Shown here: positions 25,662 through 33,762 of the stretch, piece by piece | How positions within the stretch are numbered: position 1 is the stretch's first letter | Layout of the letters: each line of letters opens with the position of its first letter | Assembly: GCA_011191985.1 (NCBI GenBank) | Contig: DUEU01000062.1 | Coordinates: 1-56,555 of the forward strand | Source of the DNA: Dehalococcoidia bacterium | GTDB taxonomy: Bacteria > Chloroflexota > Dehalococcoidia > Dehalococcoidales > W111 | DNA: 56,555 nt | Direction: 5' to 3' | Notes under the pieces: model-generated | Told to the model about the DNA's origin: nothing | What the model saw: the letters and a program-made list of their open reading frames with translations, nothing else | Database searches by the model: none | Translations under genes and position numbers: made by a program

Positions 25662-25707
25662 AGACCAGGAGAAATGTTATGGCTTCAACACCAGCCCCGA
25701 TAGTTAT

Positions 25708-27045
25708 TTATTTATAGACGCCGTATTCCTTGACGGTATCTACTATCGCTCGGAGATTCTCCCACCTTACCTCATCAAAGAAGGCCCCATTGGCCATGAT
25801 ATAGCCGCCGTTCTTGCCGCAGGTATCAATTAGCCTCTTGGTGTGGTCTATGGCCTCCTGGGTGGTACCTACCGTCAAAAGATCCATGGGCATGTTGCCG
25901 GCAACGCAGGCAATACCGTCCAGTGCTTCCTTAGCTTTAGTCATATTGGTCTGGTCGAACAACCAGGCCGTCTTACCTTTAGGCAAGTCCCGGATAACCT
26001 CCAGACGCGAGTTATAGCCCCCCTCAGCCCAGATAAATGGGAAACAGCCCTCGTCCACTAAGCCCATGATGACCTTTCTTAGGGTAGGCCAGTAGAATTT
26101 CTTGTACTGGTCATCGGAGAGGAAGCCATCAGCACCCTTATGCAGGGGCATAAAAATCAGGGGGTTTCCGGCATTCTTAGCTGCGTCTACTCCCAGCTGA
26201 ATAAACATCGGCGTTAGTATTTCCATAGCCTCGATGAGCTTATCGGGCTGTCGGTACATATCCATCATTATCCCTTTGGTGCCCCTAAGGGTGTCGCCGA
26301 TGACGTCAAAAGGTGCTTTGGTAGGACCAGCCTGGTGGGCGGGAAAGCCCAACGCTGGCATCTCCACGTCGAAGCCACCCACCACCTGTATCCATTTCAG
26401 GGCTTCATCTCCGGCTTCCAGAAGGGCCTGATAGGCGGCTTTGATGGGTGGCGTACCATAGGGAATGAAAGGAAAGGCAACACCGTACATTTCGGTTACG
26501 CAGGAGAGGTGAGGTAGGGTCGCGATGGGCTCCAAGGCTCCGAAGACGCGAGACGGCCAGATGTAGTAGAAAAAGTACAATGGATTATTAATCAAAATAT
26601 CATATTCATCCGCCCTCATGTATTCGCCTTCAATACACTGATAGGTTGTGTCTTTAGAGACCCCATGCCCGGGCCACTTGTATAGCTTGAAGTCAAGGAT
26701 ATCAAGGAACTTTCCCGGGCTGGGCACGGCACAGCCACCGTGCGAATCCGGCTGAAAGTCCAGGGAGAATTTTTTCCATGCCGGTGTGATTTTATCGTAG
26801 TTATACATGACATCGTGAGGGGTTAACCCGGAGTAATAAGCGGGGGCGAAGCTGGGGATGAGCAACACCGGCACTCTGTCCGGCTTTGTCTTGATTTGAA
26901 GGGCGTTTTTAAATCTGGTTGTCCTTTCTTTATATGCCTTCTCGGCTTCAGGACTGACAAACTTTACGCCCTCCGGTGAAATCCACCTGGCAAACAGCGA
27001 CTCCTGCTTTTCCTCCAATGTCATCTCTTCCCATTGCTTTTCCAT
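25708..27045 (-). CDS. URO-D (uroporphyrinogen decarboxylase) superfamily protein, putative corrinoid-dependent methyltransferase
   Basis: 445 aa. It sits immediately downstream of a corrinoid protein gene (30-nt gap). The family was recognised by overall similarity to MtaA/CmuA/O-demethylase MT-type proteins (from memory, no search). Confidence 0.6.
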   Translation of the reverse strand: MEKQWEEMTLEEKQESLFARWISPEGVKFVSPEAEKAYKERTTRFKNALQIKTKPDRVPVLLIPSFAPAYYSGLTPHDVMYNYDKITPAWKKFSLDFQPDSHGGCAVPSPGKFLDILDFKLYKWPGHGVSKDTTYQCIEGEYMRADEYDILINNPLYFFYYIWPSRVFGALEPIATLPHLSCVTEMYGVAFPFIPYGTPPIKAAYQALLEAGDEALKWIQVVGGFDVEMPALGFPAHQAGPTKAPFDVIGDTLRGTKGIMMDMYRQPDKLIEAMEILTPMFIQLGVDAAKNAGNPLIFMPLHKGADGFLSDDQYKKFYWPTLRKVIMGLVDEGCFPFIWAEGGYNSRLEVIRDLPKGKTAWLFDQTNMTKAKEALDGIACVAGNMPMDLLTVGTTQEAIDHTKRLIDTCGKNGGYIMANGAFFDEVRWENLRAIVDTVKEYGVYK

Positions 27046-27075
27046 GATTACCTCCTACAAATCCTCAGCAGAGGA

Positions 27076-27711
27076 TTACTCACTGGCACCGGACCACTTT
27101 GCAGCCAGAGCAACCCCGGCCATGGCATCCTGGCCATAGGCATCAGCGCCGGTGTACTTCTTGATCTCGTCACTCATCTGACCGCCGCCAATCATTATCT
27201 TTACCTTATCTCTCAAGCCGGCGGCTTTTATAGCTTCCACGGTCTCCTTCATGGAATCAAACGCCAGCGATAAAAAACCGCTTAAGCCGACAATAGGGGC
27301 GCCACTCTCTTTTATCTTGTCGACAAACGCCTGCGCCGGGACATCCACGCCCAGGTCGTAGACTTCAAAGCCGTTAACATCAAGCATGAAGACGACAATA
27401 TTTTTACCGATATCGTGTATATCACCAGCAACCGTGCCAAAAACAATCTTACCCACCCGCTTAGTTTCACCGGCCCCGGCCAGTTTGGGCTTGACCAATT
27501 CGTTTATGCCCTTTAGAATCTCCCCGGAATATACCAGGTCTGGGATGAAATACTCGCCATCGGCAAAGCGCTTGCCCACGATTTCCATGGCGCGTCGGGC
27601 GTCTTCCAGTATTTTGAGCGGCTCTTCATCAGCGCCCAGCCTGTCGGCCACAATTTTTAGAGCCTCTTCCTCTTTCAAATCAGCCAATACCTTAACTAAA
27701 TCTTCAGCCAT
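27076..27711 (-). CDS. Corrinoid (cobalamin-binding) methyl-carrier protein, MtaC/MtbC-like
   Basis: 211 aa with an N-terminal helical cap and a B12-binding Rossmann domain. It has the base-off His motif GDIHDIGKNIV, plus GLSGFLS and MIGGG. AAGGAGGT SD upstream. Confidence 0.85.
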   Translation of the reverse strand: MAEDLVKVLADLKEEEALKIVADRLGADEEPLKILEDARRAMEIVGKRFADGEYFIPDLVYSGEILKGINELVKPKLAGAGETKRVGKIVFGTVAGDIHDIGKNIVVFMLDVNGFEVYDLGVDVPAQAFVDKIKESGAPIVGLSGFLSLAFDSMKETVEAIKAAGLRDKVKIMIGGGQMSDEIKKYTGADAYGQDAMAGVALAAKWSGASE

Positions 27712-27811
27712 GCTACTTTACCTCCTTAACCTGTATTGTTATCTCCAGTCCGCTAGTATCAATATCTTAACCTCATTCGGCACCTCCATTAATCAGCTTA
27801 TGCCAACCAAG

Positions 27812-28516
27812 CTAGAGCCCCAGATAGGCTTTCCGTACATAATCGCTGGTAAGCAGCCTATCGCAGGCCCCCTCTACTTCCACCCGACCATTTTCCAGCA
27901 CGCACGCCCGGTCGGCCACCTCCAGGGTCTGGCGAACATTCTGCTCGACCAGCAGGATAGTAATTCCCTGCTCGCGTAGAGACTTTATTACCCTGAATAC
28001 TTCAGCGACCAGTATCGGTGACAAGCCATACGACGGCTCATCGAACAAGCATAGTTTCGGTCGTGACATTAGACCCCTACCCACAGCCAGCATTTGCTGT
28101 TCACCGCCGCTTAGTGTTCTGGCCAATTGCCTCTCTCGCTCCTTTAATACGGGAAATACTTGATAAACCTGCTTTATTGTTTCATCCTTCCGTTTCCAGG
28201 CATGGTAAGTATAAGCACCCATCTCTAGATTTTCCCGCACTGTCATACTGGTAAAGACTCGCCCTCCTTCAGGTACATGAGAAATGCCCAGTTCGACAAT
28301 AGCGTGAGGGGTCAGGCCGTCTATCCGCTCACCCAGGAATGATATACTACCTGAAGCCGGGTGAAGCAAACCGCATATTGTATTAAGCAGAGTTGTTTTA
28401 CCAGCACCGTTGGAACCAACCAAGGCCACTATTTCTCCTTTATCGACGCTTAAAGAAATGTTCCATAAAGCCTGAGCCTTACCGTAGAAAGTATCTAAAT
28501 GGTTAATATCCAACAT
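27812..28516 (-). CDS. ABC transporter ATP-binding protein, LivF-type
   Basis: Walker A GSNGAGKTT, signature LSGGEQQ, Walker B LCLFDEPS. The start is set at the ATG at 28516 (MLDINHLDTFYGK), 4 nt after the upstream stop. The ORF-track start at 28546 adds 10 atypical residues. Confidence 0.85.
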   Translation of the reverse strand: MLDINHLDTFYGKAQALWNISLSVDKGEIVALVGSNGAGKTTLLNTICGLLHPASGSISFLGERIDGLTPHAIVELGISHVPEGGRVFTSMTVRENLEMGAYTYHAWKRKDETIKQVYQVFPVLKERERQLARTLSGGEQQMLAVGRGLMSRPKLCLFDEPSYGLSPILVAEVFRVIKSLREQGITILLVEQNVRQTLEVADRACVLENGRVEVEGACDRLLTSDYVRKAYLGL

Positions 28517-28520
28517 AGGT

Positions 28521-29240
28521 CTACTCTCCCAAGTATACCTCAACAACTGTCTGGCTGGTGGCTACCTGCTGGGGCGTTCCTTCGGCAATCTTCACACCAT
28601 GGTGGAGCACCATAATTCGGTCGCATACGCCCATTATGGCCTTCATGACATGCTCAATCATGAAAATGGTAATTCCCTTATCCCGGATGCTGGTCACCAG
28701 CTTCATAGCCTGGGCTACTTCAGTGTTGTTTAATCCTGCCATCAATTCATCGATTAATAATAGTTCCGGTTTGGTAGCCAGCGCCCTAGCCACTTCCAGC
28801 CTTTTCTGATTGACCAGGGTCAGGTCTCCGGCCAAGGTCGTATTCATCGCCGATAGCCCGACAAAATCCAATAACTCCTCAGCTTCCTTTGCCGACTCCG
28901 CGGAAGACATCCTAGTCGCCGTCCCGAAAAATGAGCCCAGGCGTACATTCTCAAAAACCGGCATATTATTAAAGACCTTAACCGATTGGAACGTTCGGGC
29001 TATGCCCATCCGGCAAACCTGATACGGCTTTAAGCCGGTAATCCTTTTGCCTTTAAACCGTATCACTCCCGGGCGGGGGGCGATTGCCGCCGATATAGTA
29101 TTAAACAGGGTTGTTTTACCGGCCCCGTTGGGGCCGATCAGGCCAACGATTTCGCTCTGGTCAACGTGGAAGTCGACATCAGAAACCGCTGCCAGGCCAC
29201 CGAAATACTTGGTTACCCCTTCACCTTCAAGAATTGACAT
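28521..29240 (-). CDS. ABC transporter ATP-binding protein, LivG-type
   Basis: 239 aa. Motifs: GPNGAGKTT, LLLIDELMAGLN. Confidence 0.85.
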   Translation of the reverse strand: MSILEGEGVTKYFGGLAAVSDVDFHVDQSEIVGLIGPNGAGKTTLFNTISAAIAPRPGVIRFKGKRITGLKPYQVCRMGIARTFQSVKVFNNMPVFENVRLGSFFGTATRMSSAESAKEAEELLDFVGLSAMNTTLAGDLTLVNQKRLEVARALATKPELLLIDELMAGLNNTEVAQAMKLVTSIRDKGITIFMIEHVMKAIMGVCDRIMVLHHGVKIAEGTPQQVATSQTVVEVYLGE

Positions 29241-30180
29241 TTTCCTCCCTCAAACCTTTTTGCCACCACTTCCGTACCAGACCGACCAGTCCGTTCGGCA
29301 GGTATAGTATAGCAACCACCAGTATAACGCCAAAAATGAGCATGAAATATTCAGGGAACCTGGTTAGCAGTTGTTCTTCTATATAGGCGAAAATAACCGC
29401 GCCTATTATCGGGCTGTAGAGCTGACTCATGCCGCCAAATATGGCCATCAAAACCGGCAGAAAAGAGTGGAGCACATTAAAGGCGACGTATGGGTCAACA
29501 TATGTCCATCTTGTCGCCATAATGGCTCCAGCCGCTCCCATAAAGAAAGCGCTAAGAGCAAAGGTGAACACTTTCAGCAGGTTCACATTAACACCCAGAT
29601 GGGCCGCAGCCTCCTCGTTCTCACCGATACTCCGCAGAGCTAAGCCATATTTCGAGCGCCTTAATAAATAATAGGTGAGCATTAGCACCACAAAGATACC
29701 CAGTATGACCCCAAAAATAGTGTTGTTATTTTCCAGGACAACGAATCTTCCACGCGTCCCGGTGACATTTATCTCCCAAAAGAGAAGCAGGTGCTTGATG
29801 AGCTCAACTAGTCCGAAAGTAAATATAGTAAAATATACGCCCCTAAGCCTCAAGGTTATCGCGCCAACGATAAGGGCAACTACGAAACTGACCAGACCAC
29901 CGGCTATTACTGCGGGAAGCAGGGGTAATTGTTCCCCCAATATGGCCATGGTATATATGCCTATACCGAAAAATGCCGCTGTCGCCAGTGACAAATAACC
30001 GGTAGGGGCGAAAAACATCGTCCAGCTTACGGTAAGGATGACATACATGATGATGGCAGTTATTAGTATGACGGTATAAGCTGAGCCATATAAAGGTAAA
30101 GTAGCCAGCAGGACTAATAAGATAAGACTGATTAGCCACCATAAACGAGGCATTTTAAAGACGCCGCGGATAATATCCAT
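29227..30180 (-). CDS. ABC transporter permease, LivM-type
   Basis: 317 aa and polytopic-hydrophobic. It overlaps the downstream ATPase gene by 14 nt. Confidence 0.8.
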   Translation of the reverse strand: MDIIRGVFKMPRLWWLISLILLVLLATLPLYGSAYTVILITAIIMYVILTVSWTMFFAPTGYLSLATAAFFGIGIYTMAILGEQLPLLPAVIAGGLVSFVVALIVGAITLRLRGVYFTIFTFGLVELIKHLLLFWEINVTGTRGRFVVLENNNTIFGVILGIFVVLMLTYYLLRRSKYGLALRSIGENEEAAAHLGVNVNLLKVFTFALSAFFMGAAGAIMATRWTYVDPYVAFNVLHSFLPVLMAIFGGMSQLYSPIIGAVIFAYIEEQLLTRFPEYFMLIFGVILVVAILYLPNGLVGLVRKWWQKGLREENVNS

Positions 30181-30184
30181 TTCC

Positions 30185-31054
30185 CTACTTACCTAAAATG
30201 CCTTTCGGCCTTATTATGAGCAGAAGCATAAAGATAAAATAATAGGCAGCCAGCGCCAGTGATGGTTGCCAAGAGCTTACTGCGCTGCCGATAAGACCAA
30301 GGATGAAACCGCCGATGAAACTGCCCGGGATACTGCCCAACCCGCCTAATACAACCACGATAAGGGTAATTATTAGATATTCCAGACCCATAACCGGATA
30401 AATGGGAAAGCACATACTTAGGAATACGCCGGCCAGACCAGCCATTACCGCCCCCAGGCCAAAGCATAAAGCCAGCACCAGGTTAATGTTTACCCCCATG
30501 ATTCCCGCCGTAGTCGGGTCTTCAGCGGCGGCCCTGATGGCTTTGCCAATACGGGTGCGGACTAGAAAGATATAGAAAGCTATACCTATGACAACCGCAA
30601 AGATAAGGGCTATCAAACGATTGGCAGCGAATACGGCACCCCCAAGATTGATGCCGAAGTTATAATATGAGTACGCCCTCATATCACCGCCCCATATGAT
30701 TAAAGCCACATTTTGAATTATAAAGAGGAGGCCGAAAGAGGCCAACATAGAACTACCCTCAAAGGCAGGCTGTGATGGTGCTGAGGTTCTTAGGCTAGTG
30801 AACAAAGTCCGTTGGATTATGAAACCGATTATGAATACAATAGGACCGACAATCACTATAGAAAGCAGCGGATTAATCCCGAACTTAGTATACATCGCCC
30901 AGGTGATGAAAGCGCCGAGCATAATAAATTCGCCATGGGCTATGTTCAGCACCCGGGCAACCCCATACTGCAGGTTGAGTCCCATGGCAACCAGAGCATA
31001 GAGGCCGCCCAGCAACAAACCATTAATCACTATATTCAGGGCTGACACAAGCAT
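30185..31054 (-). CDS. ABC transporter permease, LivH-type
   Basis: 289 aa. N-terminus MLVSALNIVINGLLLGGLYALVAMGLNLQYG is typical of the family. Confidence 0.8.
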   Translation of the reverse strand: MLVSALNIVINGLLLGGLYALVAMGLNLQYGVARVLNIAHGEFIMLGAFITWAMYTKFGINPLLSIVIVGPIVFIIGFIIQRTLFTSLRTSAPSQPAFEGSSMLASFGLLFIIQNVALIIWGGDMRAYSYYNFGINLGGAVFAANRLIALIFAVVIGIAFYIFLVRTRIGKAIRAAAEDPTTAGIMGVNINLVLALCFGLGAVMAGLAGVFLSMCFPIYPVMGLEYLIITLIVVVLGGLGSIPGSFIGGFILGLIGSAVSSWQPSLALAAYYFIFMLLLIIRPKGILGK

Positions 31055-31087
31055 ATTAGTAATTTCCTTGCCTTGGTAATTACAGAC

Positions 31088-31163
31088 GCAGGCTGTCTAG
31101 ATGTAAAGTAAAATATCACAATCGTGTATATACTTTATAATTAGGCCTTACTAGACAGCCTGC
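31088..31163. repeat. Perfect 13-bp inverted repeat with a 50-nt AT-rich loop, between the binding-protein and permease genes
   Basis: GCAGGCTGTCTAG (31088-31100) and CTAGACAGCCTGC (31151-31163). I verified these as exact reverse complements. Confidence 0.8.
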
Positions 31164-31202
31164 TCTATTATTTCACTATTAAAGTTTCAATACAATTCAT
31201 GT

Positions 31203-32480
31203 TTATTCTGCTGGTGCCGGCCACAGCGGCTTGGGATACACAAAATCGGCAGTAGCCTTGTAATTCGGGAGTGTTTCCTCAATTCCGGTATATCCTACGA
31301 CTTCTAACTCCCCGTTTATCCACTGACCGACCTCCCCGGTATGGCTTTCATACGCCATAAGTCCACCGCCATCACCGAACATCGTGAACCAGGTCGGTCC
31401 CAGAACTGTATCAAGCTTCGTGGTAGCCAGTACTTCTCTTAATGCATCCTGGTCAGTGCTGCCCACCTTCTCTACCGCCGCCTTCCAGATGTCCAGTGAC
31501 GCCCAGTAGAGCGGATGTCCCCACCAGTCGTGGACATCTTCGGGCTTGCCCTCGTAGAGCAAATCATACATCTCTTTCATGGCGGGAGACGTTTTGCGGT
31601 TGGCGACAGCCCAACACGTTACTCCCTCCACCGCTGGCCCAAACGCGGTATGGAAAAACCCAAAATTGGCTCCGGGGCCGCCCAGCCAGACCTTGGGGTT
31701 ATAGCCAAGTGCTATTGATGTCCCCATAGCCGGGAGAACCTGGTCGGGATAGCCCTCACACAGGAAGGCATCAGCACCGGAATTCATGGCATCCGTTATT
31801 ACGGGGGCGAAGTCCTTAAGGTCGGGGGGGACGCTCACATTGCCAACTATCTGAATTCCCTTTTTCGGCAGTTCAATGCCGAATACACCAGAGTACTCTA
31901 TGCCGTGGAGGTCAGCAATGTACACTACATAGGCTGTCTTGACACCCTGCTCGGCAAGAATTCCAGCCAGGACCGGTACCTCATACCAGTCGGAAAAACT
32001 CAGGCTGACGAACAGGTAGGGTAGACTGGGAAGCGCTTCTTTGATAGTCGTGGCACCACCCTCGGCGGTCACCAGTACATACCCGTACTTATTGGCGATA
32101 GGGGCTTGCCCAAAGACAAAGGAGGTGCCACAGGCGGGCCACAGAAAGTCAACCTTGTCCTCCAGAATCAGCTTCTCCGTCAGCCTAGTCATCGTGCCCA
32201 CGTCACTCTTGTCATCATATATCTTTAACTCTATAGGTAGGTACTTGCCATACTTACTCATATATATCCCGCCGTCGGCATTGACCATGGGAACCCATGT
32301 CTCGTAGATTGGCCTGAATGCCGAGTCACCGATAATGGCGAGCGGTCCCGAGAGAGGACGTGACATACCAACCACGATTTTATCTTTGGCAGGCGCGGGA
32401 CAGGCAACAAACAGAGACAATGCCATCAACACTAGAACCAGCAACAGACTAACCATGAACATTATTGATTTATTCCTCAT
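31203..32480 (-). CDS. Lipoprotein-type periplasmic binding protein (type 1 PBP, LivK-like) of the ABC importer
   Basis: 425 aa with a signal peptide and lipobox (LSLFVAC). Co-directional with the four ABC genes. Confidence 0.8.
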   Translation of the reverse strand: MRNKSIMFMVSLLLVLVLMALSLFVACPAPAKDKIVVGMSRPLSGPLAIIGDSAFRPIYETWVPMVNADGGIYMSKYGKYLPIELKIYDDKSDVGTMTRLTEKLILEDKVDFLWPACGTSFVFGQAPIANKYGYVLVTAEGGATTIKEALPSLPYLFVSLSFSDWYEVPVLAGILAEQGVKTAYVVYIADLHGIEYSGVFGIELPKKGIQIVGNVSVPPDLKDFAPVITDAMNSGADAFLCEGYPDQVLPAMGTSIALGYNPKVWLGGPGANFGFFHTAFGPAVEGVTCWAVANRKTSPAMKEMYDLLYEGKPEDVHDWWGHPLYWASLDIWKAAVEKVGSTDQDALREVLATTKLDTVLGPTWFTMFGDGGGLMAYESHTGEVGQWINGELEVVGYTGIEETLPNYKATADFVYPKPLWPAPAE

Positions 32481-32570
32481 TATTAACCTCCTTTTTTAAA
32501 TGAATTTCTTCCGTAACGTCTAAATCAGCGCCACCTCCCCTCACTGCAAACTAACAGCCATGCTTCCGCG

Positions 32571-32710
32571 AGTCCGAAAATATTTATATAAAAAGAGCGC
32601 TCATGTCATAATACATCAACCCGAAATGTTATTTCGGACTACAATGACCCGCTTGCAAATTAACACGGCACGTGTTATATTTCAATACAAATTTTTCTAT
32701 GATATCATAG
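32571..32710. promoter_or_regulatory. Cluster of inverted repeats in the LysR/livK divergent control region
   Basis: AGTCCGAAA (32571-79) pairs with TTTCGGACT (32632-40). CCGAAAT-gtt-ATTTCGG lies at 32621-37. TAACACG-gca-CGTGTTA lies at 32661-77. A perfect 14-bp palindrome CTATGATATCATAG lies at 32697-32710. Confidence 0.5.
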
Positions 32711-32759
32711 ACGAAAGGCATATCAGGAGTAAAGTACCAGTGTTGACCTCAGCAGGTAA

Positions 32760-33671
32760 ATGGCCATGATCCCGCCCAAGGTGGATCTTCATAGCCTTAT
32801 AGTTTTTTATTTCGTGGCCAGTGAAGGTAGCATTACCGCCGCTGCCGATAAACTTTGCCTTACTCAGCCGACGGTAACTTACCACATCAGGTCACTAGAG
32901 AAGAGTGTTGGCCTCAAACTGCTCGACGTTAGGCGGCAAAAAGTGACCCTTACCAATGCTGGTGCTGGCCTCTTCCGATACGTTAAAGAAATCTACCAGC
33001 AGGTGACCAGCGCCGAGAAATATCTTGAAGATCTCAGAGAGGCTAGCTTTCGCGTTGGCATAGCGGCCACTTTCAGTTCCAGCATCGCTTCAGCAGCGGC
33101 CGAATTCGATGAACTCTACCCTCATGTGAAACTGATAGTCAGGAGTGCTTCTTCCTTAGAGATCGTCGAAGACGTGCTAAGTTCTCAAGTCGACCTTGGT
33201 ATAGTCGTCAGGATGGACTACGAAAATTCTAAACTAAGAACCATCACCATCGCAGCCGGTGAAAAATTGGTGCTAGTGGCCTCCCCATCCAGTCCCATAG
33301 CCACCAAAGAACGAATTGAGCTGGCCGACCTCAGTGGTTACCCCCTGGTTGCGGGACCGGAGACTTCAGCGACACGCCAGATTATCCTAAACAAGTTCCA
33401 AGCCGAGGGGCTCGAAGTGCCTCCCTCCGTAATCGTAGAGGTGAACAGTCTGGAATGGGGCCTGAGTCTTGTTGAGAGCGGTAAGGGGGTAGGTCTATAC
33501 CATATAAAGGCGGTGGGAAAGGAAATCGCGGAGGGACGGCTGAAAGCACTGCCACTGGCTAATGACATAACGGTCGGGGTAGACGCTCTCCTCCGCAGCG
33601 ATGCTCCCGTGCATCCCCTGGCAGAGCGGTTTATCCACCTTGTCATAGAAGAATTTAAGGCTCATGGCTAG
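32760..33671 (+). CDS. LysR-family transcriptional regulator
   Basis: 303 aa. HTH LIVFYFVASEGSITAAADKLCLTQPTVTYHIRSLE plus a substrate-binding domain. Divergent from the ABC/corrinoid operon. Confidence 0.85.
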   Translation: MAMIPPKVDLHSLIVFYFVASEGSITAAADKLCLTQPTVTYHIRSLEKSVGLKLLDVRRQKVTLTNAGAGLFRYVKEIYQQVTSAEKYLEDLREASFRVGIAATFSSSIASAAAEFDELYPHVKLIVRSASSLEIVEDVLSSQVDLGIVVRMDYENSKLRTITIAAGEKLVLVASPSSPIATKERIELADLSGYPLVAGPETSATRQIILNKFQAEGLEVPPSVIVEVNSLEWGLSLVESGKGVGLYHIKAVGKEIAEGRLKALPLANDITVGVDALLRSDAPVHPLAERFIHLVIEEFKAHG

Positions 33672-33762
33672 ACTGCCCTCCCCGACACAACCGTAAAACG
33701 TTGCCTGGAACTCGCCGGCCCACACCGGTGCCCATTACAGTATGCTATCACCAGTGTCTCCA

